64,000 bases of DNA from Antechinus flavipes (taxonomy: Eukaryota): positions 252,836,001 to 252,900,000 of the forward strand of contig NC_067403.1 in the NCBI RefSeq assembly GCF_016432865.1, given 5' to 3'. Each line of letters starts with the position of its first letter. Within the stretch, counting starts at the first letter, position 1. The notes below the pieces were generated by a model, which ran no database searches, was not told where the DNA came from, and was given only the letters and a program-made list of their open reading frames with translations. The translations under genes were made by a program, and so were the position numbers. Positions 32,837 through 43,970 of the stretch are shown here, one piece after another.

Positions 32837-33541
32837 TTTAAATTTAATTTTTATTTAATAATTACTTTATATTGACACTCGTTTCTGTTCCGATTTTTTT
32901 TTCCCTCCCTCCCTCCCTCCGCCCCCTCCCCTAGATGGCAAGCAGTCCTTTATATGTTGGATATGTTGTAGTATATCCTAGATACAATATATGTTTGCAG
33001 AACCGAACAGTTCTCTTGTTGCATAGGGAGAATTGGATTCAGAAGGTATAAATAACCCGGGAAGAAAAACAAACATGCAGATAGTTCACATTCGTTTCCC
33101 AGTGTTCTTTCTTTGGGTGTAGCTGCTTTTGTCCGTCATTTATCAATTGAAACTCAGTTAGGTCTCTTTGTCAAAGAAATCCACTTCCATCAAAATATGT
33201 CCTCATACAATATCGTTGTCGAAGTGTATAATGATCTCCTGATTCTGCTCATTTCACTTAGCATCAGTTCATGTAAGTCTCGCCAGTCCTCTCTGTATTC
33301 ATCCTGCTGGTCATTTCTTACAGAACAATAATATTCCATAACATTCATATACCATAATTTACCCAGCCATTCTCCAATTGATGGGCATCCATTCATTTTC
33401 CAGTTTCTAGCCACTACAAACAGGGCTGCCACAAACATTTTGGCACATACAGGTCCCTTTCCCTTCTTTAGTATTTCTTTGGGATATAAGCCCAATAGAA
33501 ACACTGCTGGATCTAAGGGTATGCACAGTTTGATAATTTTT
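32837..33541 (-). mobile_element. Young 5'-truncated L1 (about 705 bp: ORF2 C-terminus and 3'UTR)
   Basis: 15-bp TSD AGAACAACTCATTTT at 32822-32836 and 33542-33556; open ORF2 tail (GLYPKEIL...CPSIGEWLGKLWYMNVMEYYCSVRN). Confidence 0.9.
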
Positions 33542-33690
33542 AGAACAACTCATTTTACAGAGAGGAAATGGAAGTATAAGACATTTCAATCATTTTGCTG
33601 TGATTTTGCAGATGAGGACTTTAAGAACTAGAAATTAAGTGACAGCCTGAAGGGACTCAAAATAATGAGAATGGGAAGGAGAATTTAAAA

Positions 33691-33844
33691 NNNNNNNNNN
33701 NNNNNNNNNNNNNNNNNNNNNNNNNNNNNNNNNNNNNNNNNNNNNNNNNNNNNNNNNNNNNNNNNNNNNNNNNNNNNNNNNNNNNNNNNNNNNNNNNNNN
33801 NNNNNNNNNNNNNNNNNNNNNNNNNNNNNNNNNNNNNNNNNNNN
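33691..33844. other. Assembly gap (N run)
   Basis: Ns in sequence. Confidence 1.
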
Positions 33845-33979
33845 NTCCTTTCTTCCTCCTTCCCTCCTCAAATTCAGTTCTCTTTCACCCAGATCATGGT
33901 CAAAACACATCTGTGGCCTTTGGTTTGCTTTGGTGAGCTGTGATTAAATCCCTCCTATTCATTCATTCATTCTTTCATG

Positions 33980-34240
33980 CAGCTGGGTAGCGCCTCAGTG
34001 GATAGAATGCCAGGCCTGGGGTCAGTAAGACTCATTTCCTTAAATTCAAATCTAACCTCAACAACAATAAAAAAAAAAAAAAAGTCACACAATCACATTT
34101 GGGGCAAGTCACTTAACCCTGTTTGCCTCAGTTTCCTTATCTGCCAAATGACTGGAGAAGGAAAGGCAAACTTCTCTGGTATCTTTGCCAAGAAAACCCC
34201 CAAATGTGGTCATGAAGAGTTGGACGTGATTGAACAGCAA
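33980..34240 (+). mobile_element. MAR1-type CORE-SINE with RTE-like tail
   Basis: CORE segment plus CTGGAGAAGGAAAGGCAAAC...TATCTTTGCCAAGAAAACCCC tail. Confidence 0.7.
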
Positions 34241-37200
34241 ATTCATGCAACATTAAAACAACATTAACACCACACACCTGTTATTCACCGGTCACTGCGC
34301 TAAGCCTGCGGAGACAAAGACAAACCTGTCCCAGAGCTCTTTGAGGTTGTTGTGTGATCCTGAACAAGTAACTTCTCTCTGCCTCAGTTTCTTCACCATA
34401 AAGTCTGAAAACAATAACAGCCCCTTCCTCATGAGCGCTTATGTAACAGGTGCTTGGGAGGATCCAGATGAGCTGAGACCACAGGTACCTGTACGTGTGG
34501 ACACACACACCTCGTTGGGTATCCGTATACGTACATACGTGACTTTGCAAGCCTTAAAGCCTATACGAATGTTAGTCATTATCAGCGTATTTCGTAGCCG
34601 ACTTTGAAAGGTCAGCGGAGAGATTTGCACGCTCTCCCCACGCGGAGATGCTGGGAGCGTCCTGCTCCTTTGGAGATTTTTCTGTTCGAGAAAGGTATTG
34701 ATGGACAAAGCTCGCGGGAGTGAAAAGGAAACCGGCTTCCCGAGTCCCGTTGGAAGGGGGGTCAGGAAGCGCACAGATGGCTGCGTGTGGCTTTTCTGAA
34801 GGGACAGGCTGTAAACCTGCTGGGAGCCTCTCTGGGCACCTCCCCAGTCATCTTCAGCAACTGAATGCTGCAAATGCTCGTTTGTGTCCCCTCGAGTTTG
34901 AGCTGAGGAAGGAGCCCCCGTATATTAAACTGGAAATCTGCCTGTTCCTTCTCCCACGAGGCACAAGAGCCGTTTGCTCCGCGGGATCCCTCCTGGCGTC
35001 TCCGCTGGGACGGATGGGGATCTGTGGCAGCTCCGGTGATGATAAGAGGACGGAGAGAAGGCAGAGCTGCTGGATTCAACGGACGCTTGTGTGTTTGGTT
35101 CCAAGGAAAATGATTTTTGGATGGGGGAAGGGCTCTGGGCTTCCTTCCGATTCCGAAATTATGTGGTTTCTATTATCTGGAGCCCCTTCGGCCCCATCAC
35201 TGACAGGGGGGAAGAGTTCTTAAGAGATCCGGCCCCTCGGGGTTCATATTTGTCCTGAATTATCTCAGAGAACTGCTTTGGGGGTGGATTCTGTATTCCT
35301 GGTTTGAATGGAGGACAGAGCATCAAGCTTGGATTCGAATCCTGACTCAGATACTGCCTGGGTAGTCCCAGGCAAGGCTTTTCCTCAGTTTTCTCATCTG
35401 TGAAATGGGTATAATAAGAACCCTCGCCTCCTCTGGTCCTGATAAAGCAGTGCTATGTCATGCTAGCTCTTGCCCCCTGGTGGCTGATAGCTGTGCTTCA
35501 CAGAAGCAGCTCTGCCTCAGGACCTTCCTCCCACAAGAGGAGGGGTTCAACCTAAGCTGCTGGGCCGGGAAAAGTGGACAACAAAACCATAGTCATACTT
35601 AGAATAAAGAATGTCGGGGTGATGAGAAGCTCAAGTATGGGGGCCCTTCAACTCTCCTCGGGTCCCGGACCCCCCTGGACAGGCAGGTTGGGGAAGGGGA
35701 GCCCTTGCTCAGGATCATGTTTTTATATGCACAAGATAAAACGCATAGGCTGATCAAAGGAGACCAATTATTTTGAAATTCAGTTATCAAAATGTTTTTT
35801 AATATTTCTCTCTCTGTGTCTATGTGCACATGGATTCCTTTCTCCCTCTTTCCCCCTCCCTCCTGCCTTCCCTCCTCTTCCTCTATCCCTCTCTTTCCCA
35901 GGCACCTCAGACACCAGCGCAGGCTGTATATGTTTCTTTTAAAAAGTTATTGCTCTTTTGTTTTCACATCAGCTCCAATCCCAGTGTGCCGCTCTCCTAC
36001 CCTTCCCAGGGGCCACCTTTTACCAAAGGATAAAAAGGGGGGCAGGGAGTTCAGTGAAACTAAGCCAGCGTATTTTAGAGGTCCAAAGTGCCCTGCAGTC
36101 TTCTGTACCCATAATCCCCGGCTCTTTGGGCAGCGGTGCTTTCTCCATCTCCTCTGGTGCCATATATCTCAGTAACCAAGAGACCTGCGAGTTAGCCAGG
36201 CTGTTGGAGATGCCCACTTGTCTCCAGACGAGACCCCTTTGGGTGAACTGACATGGCCCCCAATTCTAACCCTTTTAGGCTTCTGAAGCGGATCTTTGCT
36301 GAGTTCTCTGCTGAGCCCATTCTTCAGAGAGAGCTACAAAGTCACCCACGATCTAGTTCCACCGATCCTCCATCCCTGGTTTACGGCTAAGCATAGTGGG
36401 GTCTCTAATCCCGCCTTGCCTGGGCTGGGAGCAGGTTCCCGGGCCCTAACTCCTTTCCAGGGGGGCCGGGAGCGTATCCCCACGACAAGAGCACTTCTGG
36501 TTACCCCCTCCTTGTGGTCCCGGATCTCCTCACGTGAAGATTTCCCAGGAATCCGCCTCTCCCAGGTGCCACTGTCAAGCGGACAAACGCAGGAAGTGGC
36601 CATTGACCAATGGACTCCTCCTTCCCCTCCTCCTCTTGATCCATTCTGTTTCTATTAAGTTACCTGGGGCGCTTTGGGCTCCCTCTTCCTCTCCAGAACC
36701 AGTTCTTTGGTTCCCTTTCCGCACGCCCGGCACCCAGTGCCCTGCCGCCAGCAGCGATTTAATACATCCTTAGCAGGTTGAATTGAATCTTTCTTGAAGA
36801 AAAAAGGTCACCGCGATAGAAAGGTTCTATATATAACAAAATATTTATAGCAGCGCTTTTTGTGGTAGCAAAGCTGGAAATAAAGCGGCTCTCCATTGAC
36901 TGGGGAAAGGCTAAGCCTGGGGCCAGACGGATGCTGTTACATCGTGGGCTAGAGAGAGACTGGGGGAGGCTGTCAGGAGGCGGCCCGGAATCAAAGACAG
37001 GGCACAAGAGGGCGGCGACCCCGGCCCCCGTTCTTGCCCCGGCCTCGTGCTGTTGCGATACAGGGCGGAGGAAGCATGGGCGGCCCTCCCGGGGGATGGT
37101 GGGGACCAGGGGGAGGGCCAGGCCTGAGTGACATCTCCATCCAGGGAGAAGCTGGAATGGAGAGCCTAGGGGTGGGGAACCGAGGGTGGGGAACACGTTC

Positions 37201-37774
37201 TCTGTGGGCGCGCCCCGTGCACGCGCACACGTGTGTGTGGCCACCGGGAGATACAAACAACAACCGACCACACAACTGACATTACTAAGCCAGGTGACCC
37301 CCTGACTCAGGATGCGGCTGAAAACCTGTGACAGAATCGGAGCGAAGGGAGGCCCTCCTCCCCCTCCCCCATCAGCCGCAGACTCTCCCCCCCCCATTCC
37401 CCCCCCCCCCAGCCAAAGCTGGTGGGCGTGGCCACAGGCCTCAGGAGGCCCCTTTCAATGAATCCGCTCTGGGTTTTCCAGGGATTTTGCCCCCACTCCC
37501 CAGAACTCCCGGATGTTAATAGGCGCCATGACTGGCCCCGGGCCAGGAGGGCCAGTGCCCCCCAGAGCCTGGCGAAGGGCCAGGGTTTCAGGGGAAAGGG
37601 AGGGACGTGTCCAGGGCCTGGCACTGAACAGCCTCGGCCGTCGGGGAGAGTGTGACCGGGACTGAAGAAGAGGGCCTCTTCCGGTGCAGACTGCCTGCCG
37701 CCTGCCAAGCATTTATTAAGCACTTACTGTGTACTGAAAGGATCCCTCCTGTTGTGGGGCTAGGTCCTTGTGTC

Positions 37775-37788
37775 CCGCTAGGGGGCGC
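37775..37788 (+). promoter_or_regulatory. CTCF core motif
   Basis: CCGCTAGGGGGCGC matches the CTCF core consensus. Confidence 0.65.
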
Positions 37789-38279
37789 CACAGTGCACAG
37801 GCCCCTCCCCTGAAGCAGCTGTGTGACCCTGTGCCTCAGTTTCCTCAGCTGTAAAATCACCCGGAAAAATAAGTGCAAATCCCTGGGGTATTTCTGCCAA
37901 GAAAACCCCAAATGGGGTCGTGGGCAGGCGGAAGTGAGCGAAACCCCAGAGCGGAGGCAGGCCAGTGAGGGAGGAGGGGGCGAAGGGCAGGAAAGGCGCG
38001 GGAGGCGGTCCTCGGTGCGTCTTGGGAGCGCGCGGGGGCCGGAGGGGGGCGCTCTCACGAGCCGGGGTTCCTGACGCTGCTCCGTTACATTTGCAGAAGC
38101 TGACACACAAATAGCATTTTATTCTTTTCCAATCACGTATAAAGGTCATTTTCAACTTCCATTTTTCACAAGAGTTCCCCATTTTTCTCCTTCCTTCCCT
38201 CCTATCACCCCCCAAGACAGCAACTGGGGCCTGGTAACGGGATGGGTGCCCGGGGCTGGGAGAGGGGTGGGGGCGGAGA

Positions 38280-38578
38280 GAGTGCCGGACCCGGGGGTGG
38301 GCAAGGGCGCCGGGAGTGGGGGGGAAGTGCCGGATCCAGGGATGGGCAAGGGCACGGGGGCGGGGGGGCGGAGTGCCGGATCCAGGGATGGGCAAGGGCA
38401 CGGGGGCGGGGAGTGCCGGACCCAGGGGTGGGCAAGGGCCCCGGGAGGGAGGGGAGTGCCGGACCCAGGGATGGGCAAGGGCGCCGGGGGGGGGGGGAGT
38501 GCCGGACCCAGGGGTGGGCAAGGGCACGGGGGGGAGGGGAGTGCCGGACCCAGGGGTGGGCAAGGGCACGGGGGGGAG
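38280..38578. repeat. G-rich minisatellite, 7 units of about 43 bp
   Basis: Core GAGTGCCGGA(C/T)CCAGGG(G/A)TGGGCAAGGGC(A/G)C with variable G-run linkers. Confidence 0.92.
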
Positions 38579-39199
38579 GCCTGCGGAGAGAAAACCGGGC
38601 TGGCCGGACCAGAGAAGCTGGGAGGGACCCTGGAAATCACCGCGGCCCTGCGAAGGGACTCAAAGTTCCGCTTTCTCCGGAGGAAACCCGCGCGCTTCAT
38701 AGCGGAGGGATGGGGTGAAGGGCACTGGCAGCGGTGGGGAGCCCCGCAGTGCGAGGAGCCTGACGTAGGGGCCGGGGAGCACAGGGGTCCAAGAAAGGGA
38801 CGAGGAGGCCTGAGCCAAGATGGCAGCCGCGCGGGGGACGGGAGGGGCCGGCGGGAGAGACTGCCCGGACAGGTGTGACCAGGGGGTCAGGATCAACACG
38901 TTTTCCCTGATCCCCCTCAGGAAATCTCTCCTTAAATCCCCCTCAAGGTGGGTGAGAGGGAGGGATGACCCTCGGCTTCCTACTCAACTCCCACGGAGGG
39001 CCGATTGCGCGGTGACCCTGAGGGGGAGCCAGTGACCCAAGTCAGCAGCGGAGAGCTCCCTCTCCTGCCCTGCTCCCTAGTTCTCCCGACCCAGCTGCCT
39101 TTTGCCGCCTCTTCCCCCAGGTCCACGTGAAGAGGCCGTAGCCCCTTTTAACCACAGCAGACCCTGAAGTACCCGAGATCCCTCGCTCCCAGCTTTCTT

Positions 39200-40480
39200 C
39201 TGTCCCCCTCACTTTCACTGTTTTCAGACTCTCCTTGGCTGCTGCCTGAAATTACGCCTCCCCCATCCCCAGTGCTTTCCCGTTCTAACCGGCCCATGGC
39301 CGCCCGGCTGATTTTCTTCTCTCTTCTGTTGCTAACACCAAGAAGCCTCTCTGGGATCCATGCTCCTCTTTCCCTCCCACTTTCTTAAAAACTCTCTGTG
39401 GCCTCATCATCCAATCACAGCTACTCTTCCCAAAGTTCTCAGCGCTTTCTTAATGGCCAAATCCAATGGGCTTTTGTCTTTTTTTTAATTGAAGTTTTTT
39501 ATTTTCTAAACATGTGCAAGGATAATTTTTTCACTACTGACCCTTGAAAACCTTGTGTTCCAATTTCCCCCCTTTCCCCTCACCTCTTCCCCTGGGTGGC
39601 CTGTAACCCACCCTCAGCTCCAGATCTCTCTCTGGTGTAGCTGACTCTTCATCACAAGATCATTGGAACCGGCCTGAATCTTCTCTTTATCGAAGAGATC
39701 CACTTCCGTCAGAATACATCCTCAAACAGCATCGTTGTCGAAGTGTATAATGATCTCCTGGTTCTGCTCATTCCTTACGGAACAATAATATTCCATAACA
39801 TTCATATACCACAATTTACCCAGCCATTCTCCCATGGATGGGCATCCTTTCATTTTCCAGTTTCTGGCCACTACAAACAGGGCTGCCACAAACATTTTGG
39901 CACATCCAGGTCCCTTTCCCTTCTTTAGAATCTCTTTGGGGTAGAAGGTTATCAGTCCTCATTCATTTTGATTTCTTCATAGCCCTTGACATAGCCAGTC
40001 AACCTCTCCTCCCTGATACTCTTTTTTCCCTCCTTTTTCTGTGATGCCTTTTCTACCTGGTTCTTCTCCTAGCTCTCTGACCGCTCCTTCTCCATCTCCT
40101 TTATTAGATCCTCCTCCAGATCCATCTACCACCAGTAGACACCCCTCAGAGTCCTGTCCCGGGGCCTCTTCTCTTGTCCCTCTTTTCTATTTCACTTGGT
40201 CTTATCACCTCCCATGGATTCAATCATCTGTATGCTAATAATTCCCAAATCTGCTAATAGCTTTTCCCTCCATATTTAAATCTCTGCCTGGGAGACATCT
40301 AAAACTGGACATCCTGTAGACACTTTTACCTCCATTTTCCATCAACATATCACATCTTTCCCAAGATAAACCAATCACCTGAAATCTCATGCTCACCCAG
40401 CTAGGTTCCATTTTGGTACTTGACACCTTTTCAACTCCCTTTCCCTCTGACTGAGGGGCTGGAAGGTGGGTCATTGCCTC
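39200..40480. mobile_element. Old L2 fragment interrupted by a minus-strand L1 piece (about 39478-39950)
   Basis: L2-like AATGGCCAAATCCAATGG resumes as TCAGTCCTCATT..TTGAC after a T-tail-led L1 segment. Confidence 0.6.
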
Positions 40481-40639
40481 CTCCCCAAACCTTCCTGTAG
40501 AGAGGTTCTCGGTGGGTGCTCTGAGCCTATTTCTGCTAGCTGCTTCCTAGTTGTTTGAACCCTTAAAAAAATCAAACCGGGAGTTCTTTTCTAAGCGATT
40601 TCTGTTTTCTGGTTTGTCAAACCCTCGGTTATTGAGTCC

Positions 40640-41200
40640 CATTATTCCTGATTCTTCCTTCACTAATCTGGGTCTTTGATCCTCGCTTTCTAAGTTTTAA
40701 CCGATGCCAAATGGTTTTGATGACTGTGACTTTTAAGTATAGTTTGAGGTCTAGAAGATCTATTTCCCCTTCATCTCGACTGCTTTTCATTATTTCCTTG
40801 GATATTCTTGACCTTTTGTTCTAACGATGAATTTTATTCTTTTATCGAGTTCTGAAAAGTATCTCTTGGCTGGATGGATTGACATAGTACTAAAGTGGCA
40901 AATTAGCTTTGCTAAGTACTGTCATTTTTATTCCGTTGGCCCAGCCGCTGCCTATTTCTCCCGGTATTGACACAGGCAATTTTGGAAGAGTGGCTCTCAT
41001 CATCACAAGACCACTGGAGTAGGTCTGAATCATCTCATTGTTGGAGAGCCACTTCCATCAGGACCGATCATCGGATAATCTCGCTGTTGCCGTGCACAAC
41101 GCTCTCCCGATTCTGCTCATTTCGCTCAGCGTCAATTTATGGAATGGGTGAATTTGGGGGGATCTCCTGCTTCCGTCCGGCCAGCCTTCTTCCTGTCCCT
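40640..41200 (-). mobile_element. Decayed L1 ORF2 fragments, GC-shifted
   Basis: Aligns by eye to the young L1 at 33180-33280. Confidence 0.6.
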
Positions 41201-42074
41201 TCCCCTAGGCCATGAATGGATAGAGAGATGGACTTTAGAGCTGAGACATGTCACTTTAGAAAGATGATTCCACCTGCATAATCAGGGATTTGACAGGAGA
41301 GAGATTTTTTGTCAGCCCTAAGAAATAAGTAGATATTTATGACTTCTGCCTCTGAACTTTTGCTTAAGCTGTTCCTCTGTAGCTCCCTCCTTCCCCCAAC
41401 CTTCCCCTCTCAATACAGTAGACAACCAATAGCGTGGAAGGCCCAGATGGGCTGGATTCTTTGCATCCCGGTGGTTTCCTTCCAAGTTTCCTTACGGAGG
41501 TGCCGTTGCCTCCGTTGATCTCATTTGCTTCCATTAGAACAAATATCACTTCTACCCGATGGATCCCAAGTGTAGAGGTAATATCATCGCTAATCTTCAG
41601 AGAGCCTTTTAAAGGTTACAAAGCCTTTTTATCATCAGCATGATCTCATTCAAGCCTCCCACCAGCCCTGTGAGGCTGCTCGTGGAGTTCTGAGCAGGCT
41701 CCACCTCCGTCGGTCCAGAGCTGCCTGCGGGACACCTCGGCCCGTGTGTCCCACAGCATCGCTTGTCCAAAGGGAGCCCGGACTCTTTCCCACTCCTCTT
41801 TCCCACGTCCCTACGTGTAAGGGTCCCCAGAGCTCCCGGTCAGCATCGTCTCTGGCTTTTCTCCCTCGTTGCCCATAACTGATGTGTTGCTGAGTCTTGC
41901 TGCTACTGACTGCACCAAGTGCTCCTACCTGCCCCTTTCTCTAAACCCACTGCTGCTGCTCAGAAAGCTCATTATCTTTCTCCTGAACTATTATTATCAT
42001 AGCTTCTGAATTGTTCTCCATTCTCATCCTCCCTCTTCCAATCGGCTGCCAAAATGAGGGCAAAGAAGGGAAGG

Positions 42075-42520
42075 GAAGGAATGAGCATTTGTAGAGCACC
42101 CACTAGGTGCCTAGCACTGTGCTGTTCTTACAAAGGGAGGGGAAAGAATGAGCATTTGTAGAGCACCCACTAGGTGCCTAGCACTGTGCTGTTCTTACAA
42201 AGGGAGAGAAAAGAACAAGCATTTGTAGAGCACCCACTAGGTGCCTAGCACTGTGCTGTTCTTACAAACAAGAGGAGGGAAAGGAATGAGCATTTCTAGA
42301 GTACCTACTAAGTGCCTAGCATTGTGCTGTTCTTATAAGCAAGAGGAGGAAAGGAATGAGCATTTCTAGAGTACCCACTATGTGCTTAGCATTGTGCTAT
42401 TCTTACAAGCAAGAGAAGGGAGGGAAAGAAATGAGCATTTGTGAGCACCCACTATGTGCTTAGCACTGTGCTGTCCTTACAAACAAAGGAAGTGAAAGAA
42501 TGAGCCTTTCTAGAATATCT
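42075..42520. repeat. Minisatellite, 6 full units plus a partial, 67-75 bp, L2-tail-like
   Basis: Core ATGAGCATTTGTAGAGCACCCACTAGGTGCCTAGCACTGTGCTGTTCTTACAA at 42081, 42148, 42215, 42286, 42356, 42431, 42500. Confidence 0.92.
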
Positions 42521-43094
42521 ACACAATCTGGGACAGAAGTTCTCTCATCATCCTTATTTTGTAGATGAGGAAACTGATGCTCAGAGAGATGCTCTGACTC
42601 GCCCTGAGTCCCATCACTAGCAAGCATCTGAGGTGGGCTTTGAACTCAGGTCTTCCTAACTTCACCAACACTTTGTACACTGCCATGTGGGTGCATCCTA
42701 TGACATGAGTCAGAGGCTGCTCTTTGCGGTCTCTGTATTTAGCTCAGCTCAGGCTTATTGCTTCTTATGCAACTAGTCATGAATTTTTAAACCTCTGTGA
42801 GAGTAACGGGTCCACCCAGAGGAGAAGGGGAAGGTACAGAACAGCCAGAAATGGAAGCTTAAATAAACCGAATATTGGTCTTCCAGGAAGAGTCCATAGG
42901 GTGGAGAACAAAGTCACTCTGGGGAGTGATACTAGAATGGTGCCGGGGGAAGAAAAGCCATGTCCATCACCAGAGATGGCCCCTTGGGTGACTGAAGAAA
43001 GAGAGAGGGAATGATGAAGGAAAAGAGGAAGCAAGAGGAGGAAAAAAGAAAAAGGAAAGAAGGAAAGAGAAAAAGAATAAATGAAAGAAAAAGA

Positions 43095-43970
43095 NNNNNN
43101 NNNNNNNNNNNNNNNNNNNNNNNNNNNNNNNNNNNNNNNNNNNNNNNNNNNNNNNNNNNNNNNNNNNNNNNNNNNNNNNNNNNNNNNNNNNNNNNNNNNN
43201 NNNNNNNNNNNNNNNNNNNNNNNNNNNNNNNNNNNNNNNNNNNNNNNNNNNNNNNNNNNNNNNNNNNNNNNNNNNNNNNNNNNNNNNNNNNNNNNNNNNN
43301 NNNNNNNNNNNNNNNNNNNNNNNNNNNNNNNNNNNNNNNNNNNNNNNNNNNNNNNNNNNNNNNNNNNNNNNNNNNNNNNNNNNNNNNNNNNNNNNNNNNN
43401 NNNNNNNNNNNNNNNNNNNNNNNNNNNNNNNNNNNNNNNNNNNNNNNNNNNNNNNNNNNNNNNNNNNNNNNNNNNNNNNNNNNNNNNNNNNNNNNNNNNN
43501 NNNNNNNNNNNNNNNNNNNNNNNNNNNNNNNNNNNNNNNNNNNNNNNNNNNNNNNNNNNNNNNNNNNNNNNNNNNNNNNNNNNNNNNNNNNNNNNNNNNN
43601 NNNNNNNNNNNNNNNNNNNNNNNNNNNNNNNNNNNNNNNNNNNNNNNNNNNNNNNNNNNNNNNNNNNNNNNNNNNNNNNNNNNNNNNNNNNNNNNNNNNN
43701 NNNNNNNNNNNNNNNNNNNNNNNNNNNNNNNNNNNNNNNNNNNNNNNNNNNNNNNNNNNNNNNNNNNNNNNNNNNNNNNNNNNNNNNNNNNNNNNNNNNN
43801 NNNNNNNNNNNNNNNNNNNNNNNNNNNNNNNNNNNNNNNNNNNNNNNNNNNNNNNNNNNNNNNNNNNNNNNNNNNNNNNNNNNNNNNNNNNNNNNNNNNN
43901 NNNNNNNNNNNNNNNNNNNNNNNNNNNNNNNNNNNNNNNNNNNNNNNNNNNNNNNNNNNNNNNNNNNNNN
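43095..43970. other. Assembly gap (N run), flanked on the left by GA-rich low complexity
   Basis: Ns in sequence. Confidence 1.

Noticed and set aside
36759-37397. 212-aa ORF and an overlapping Pro-rich frame (PGPPPGPHHPPGGPPMLPPP)
   Set aside because: Expected by chance in GC-rich DNA, runs through an L1 scrap, and has no supporting splice structure or recognisable homology
38152-38900. Gly/Pro-rich ORFs of 128-263 aa
   Set aside because: Products of the G-rich tandem repeat in all frames
42075-42520. CRISPR-like look (constant repeat with variable spacer)
   Set aside because: Linkers are short, related purine runs rather than unique 30-40-nt spacers; no cas genes; mammalian context
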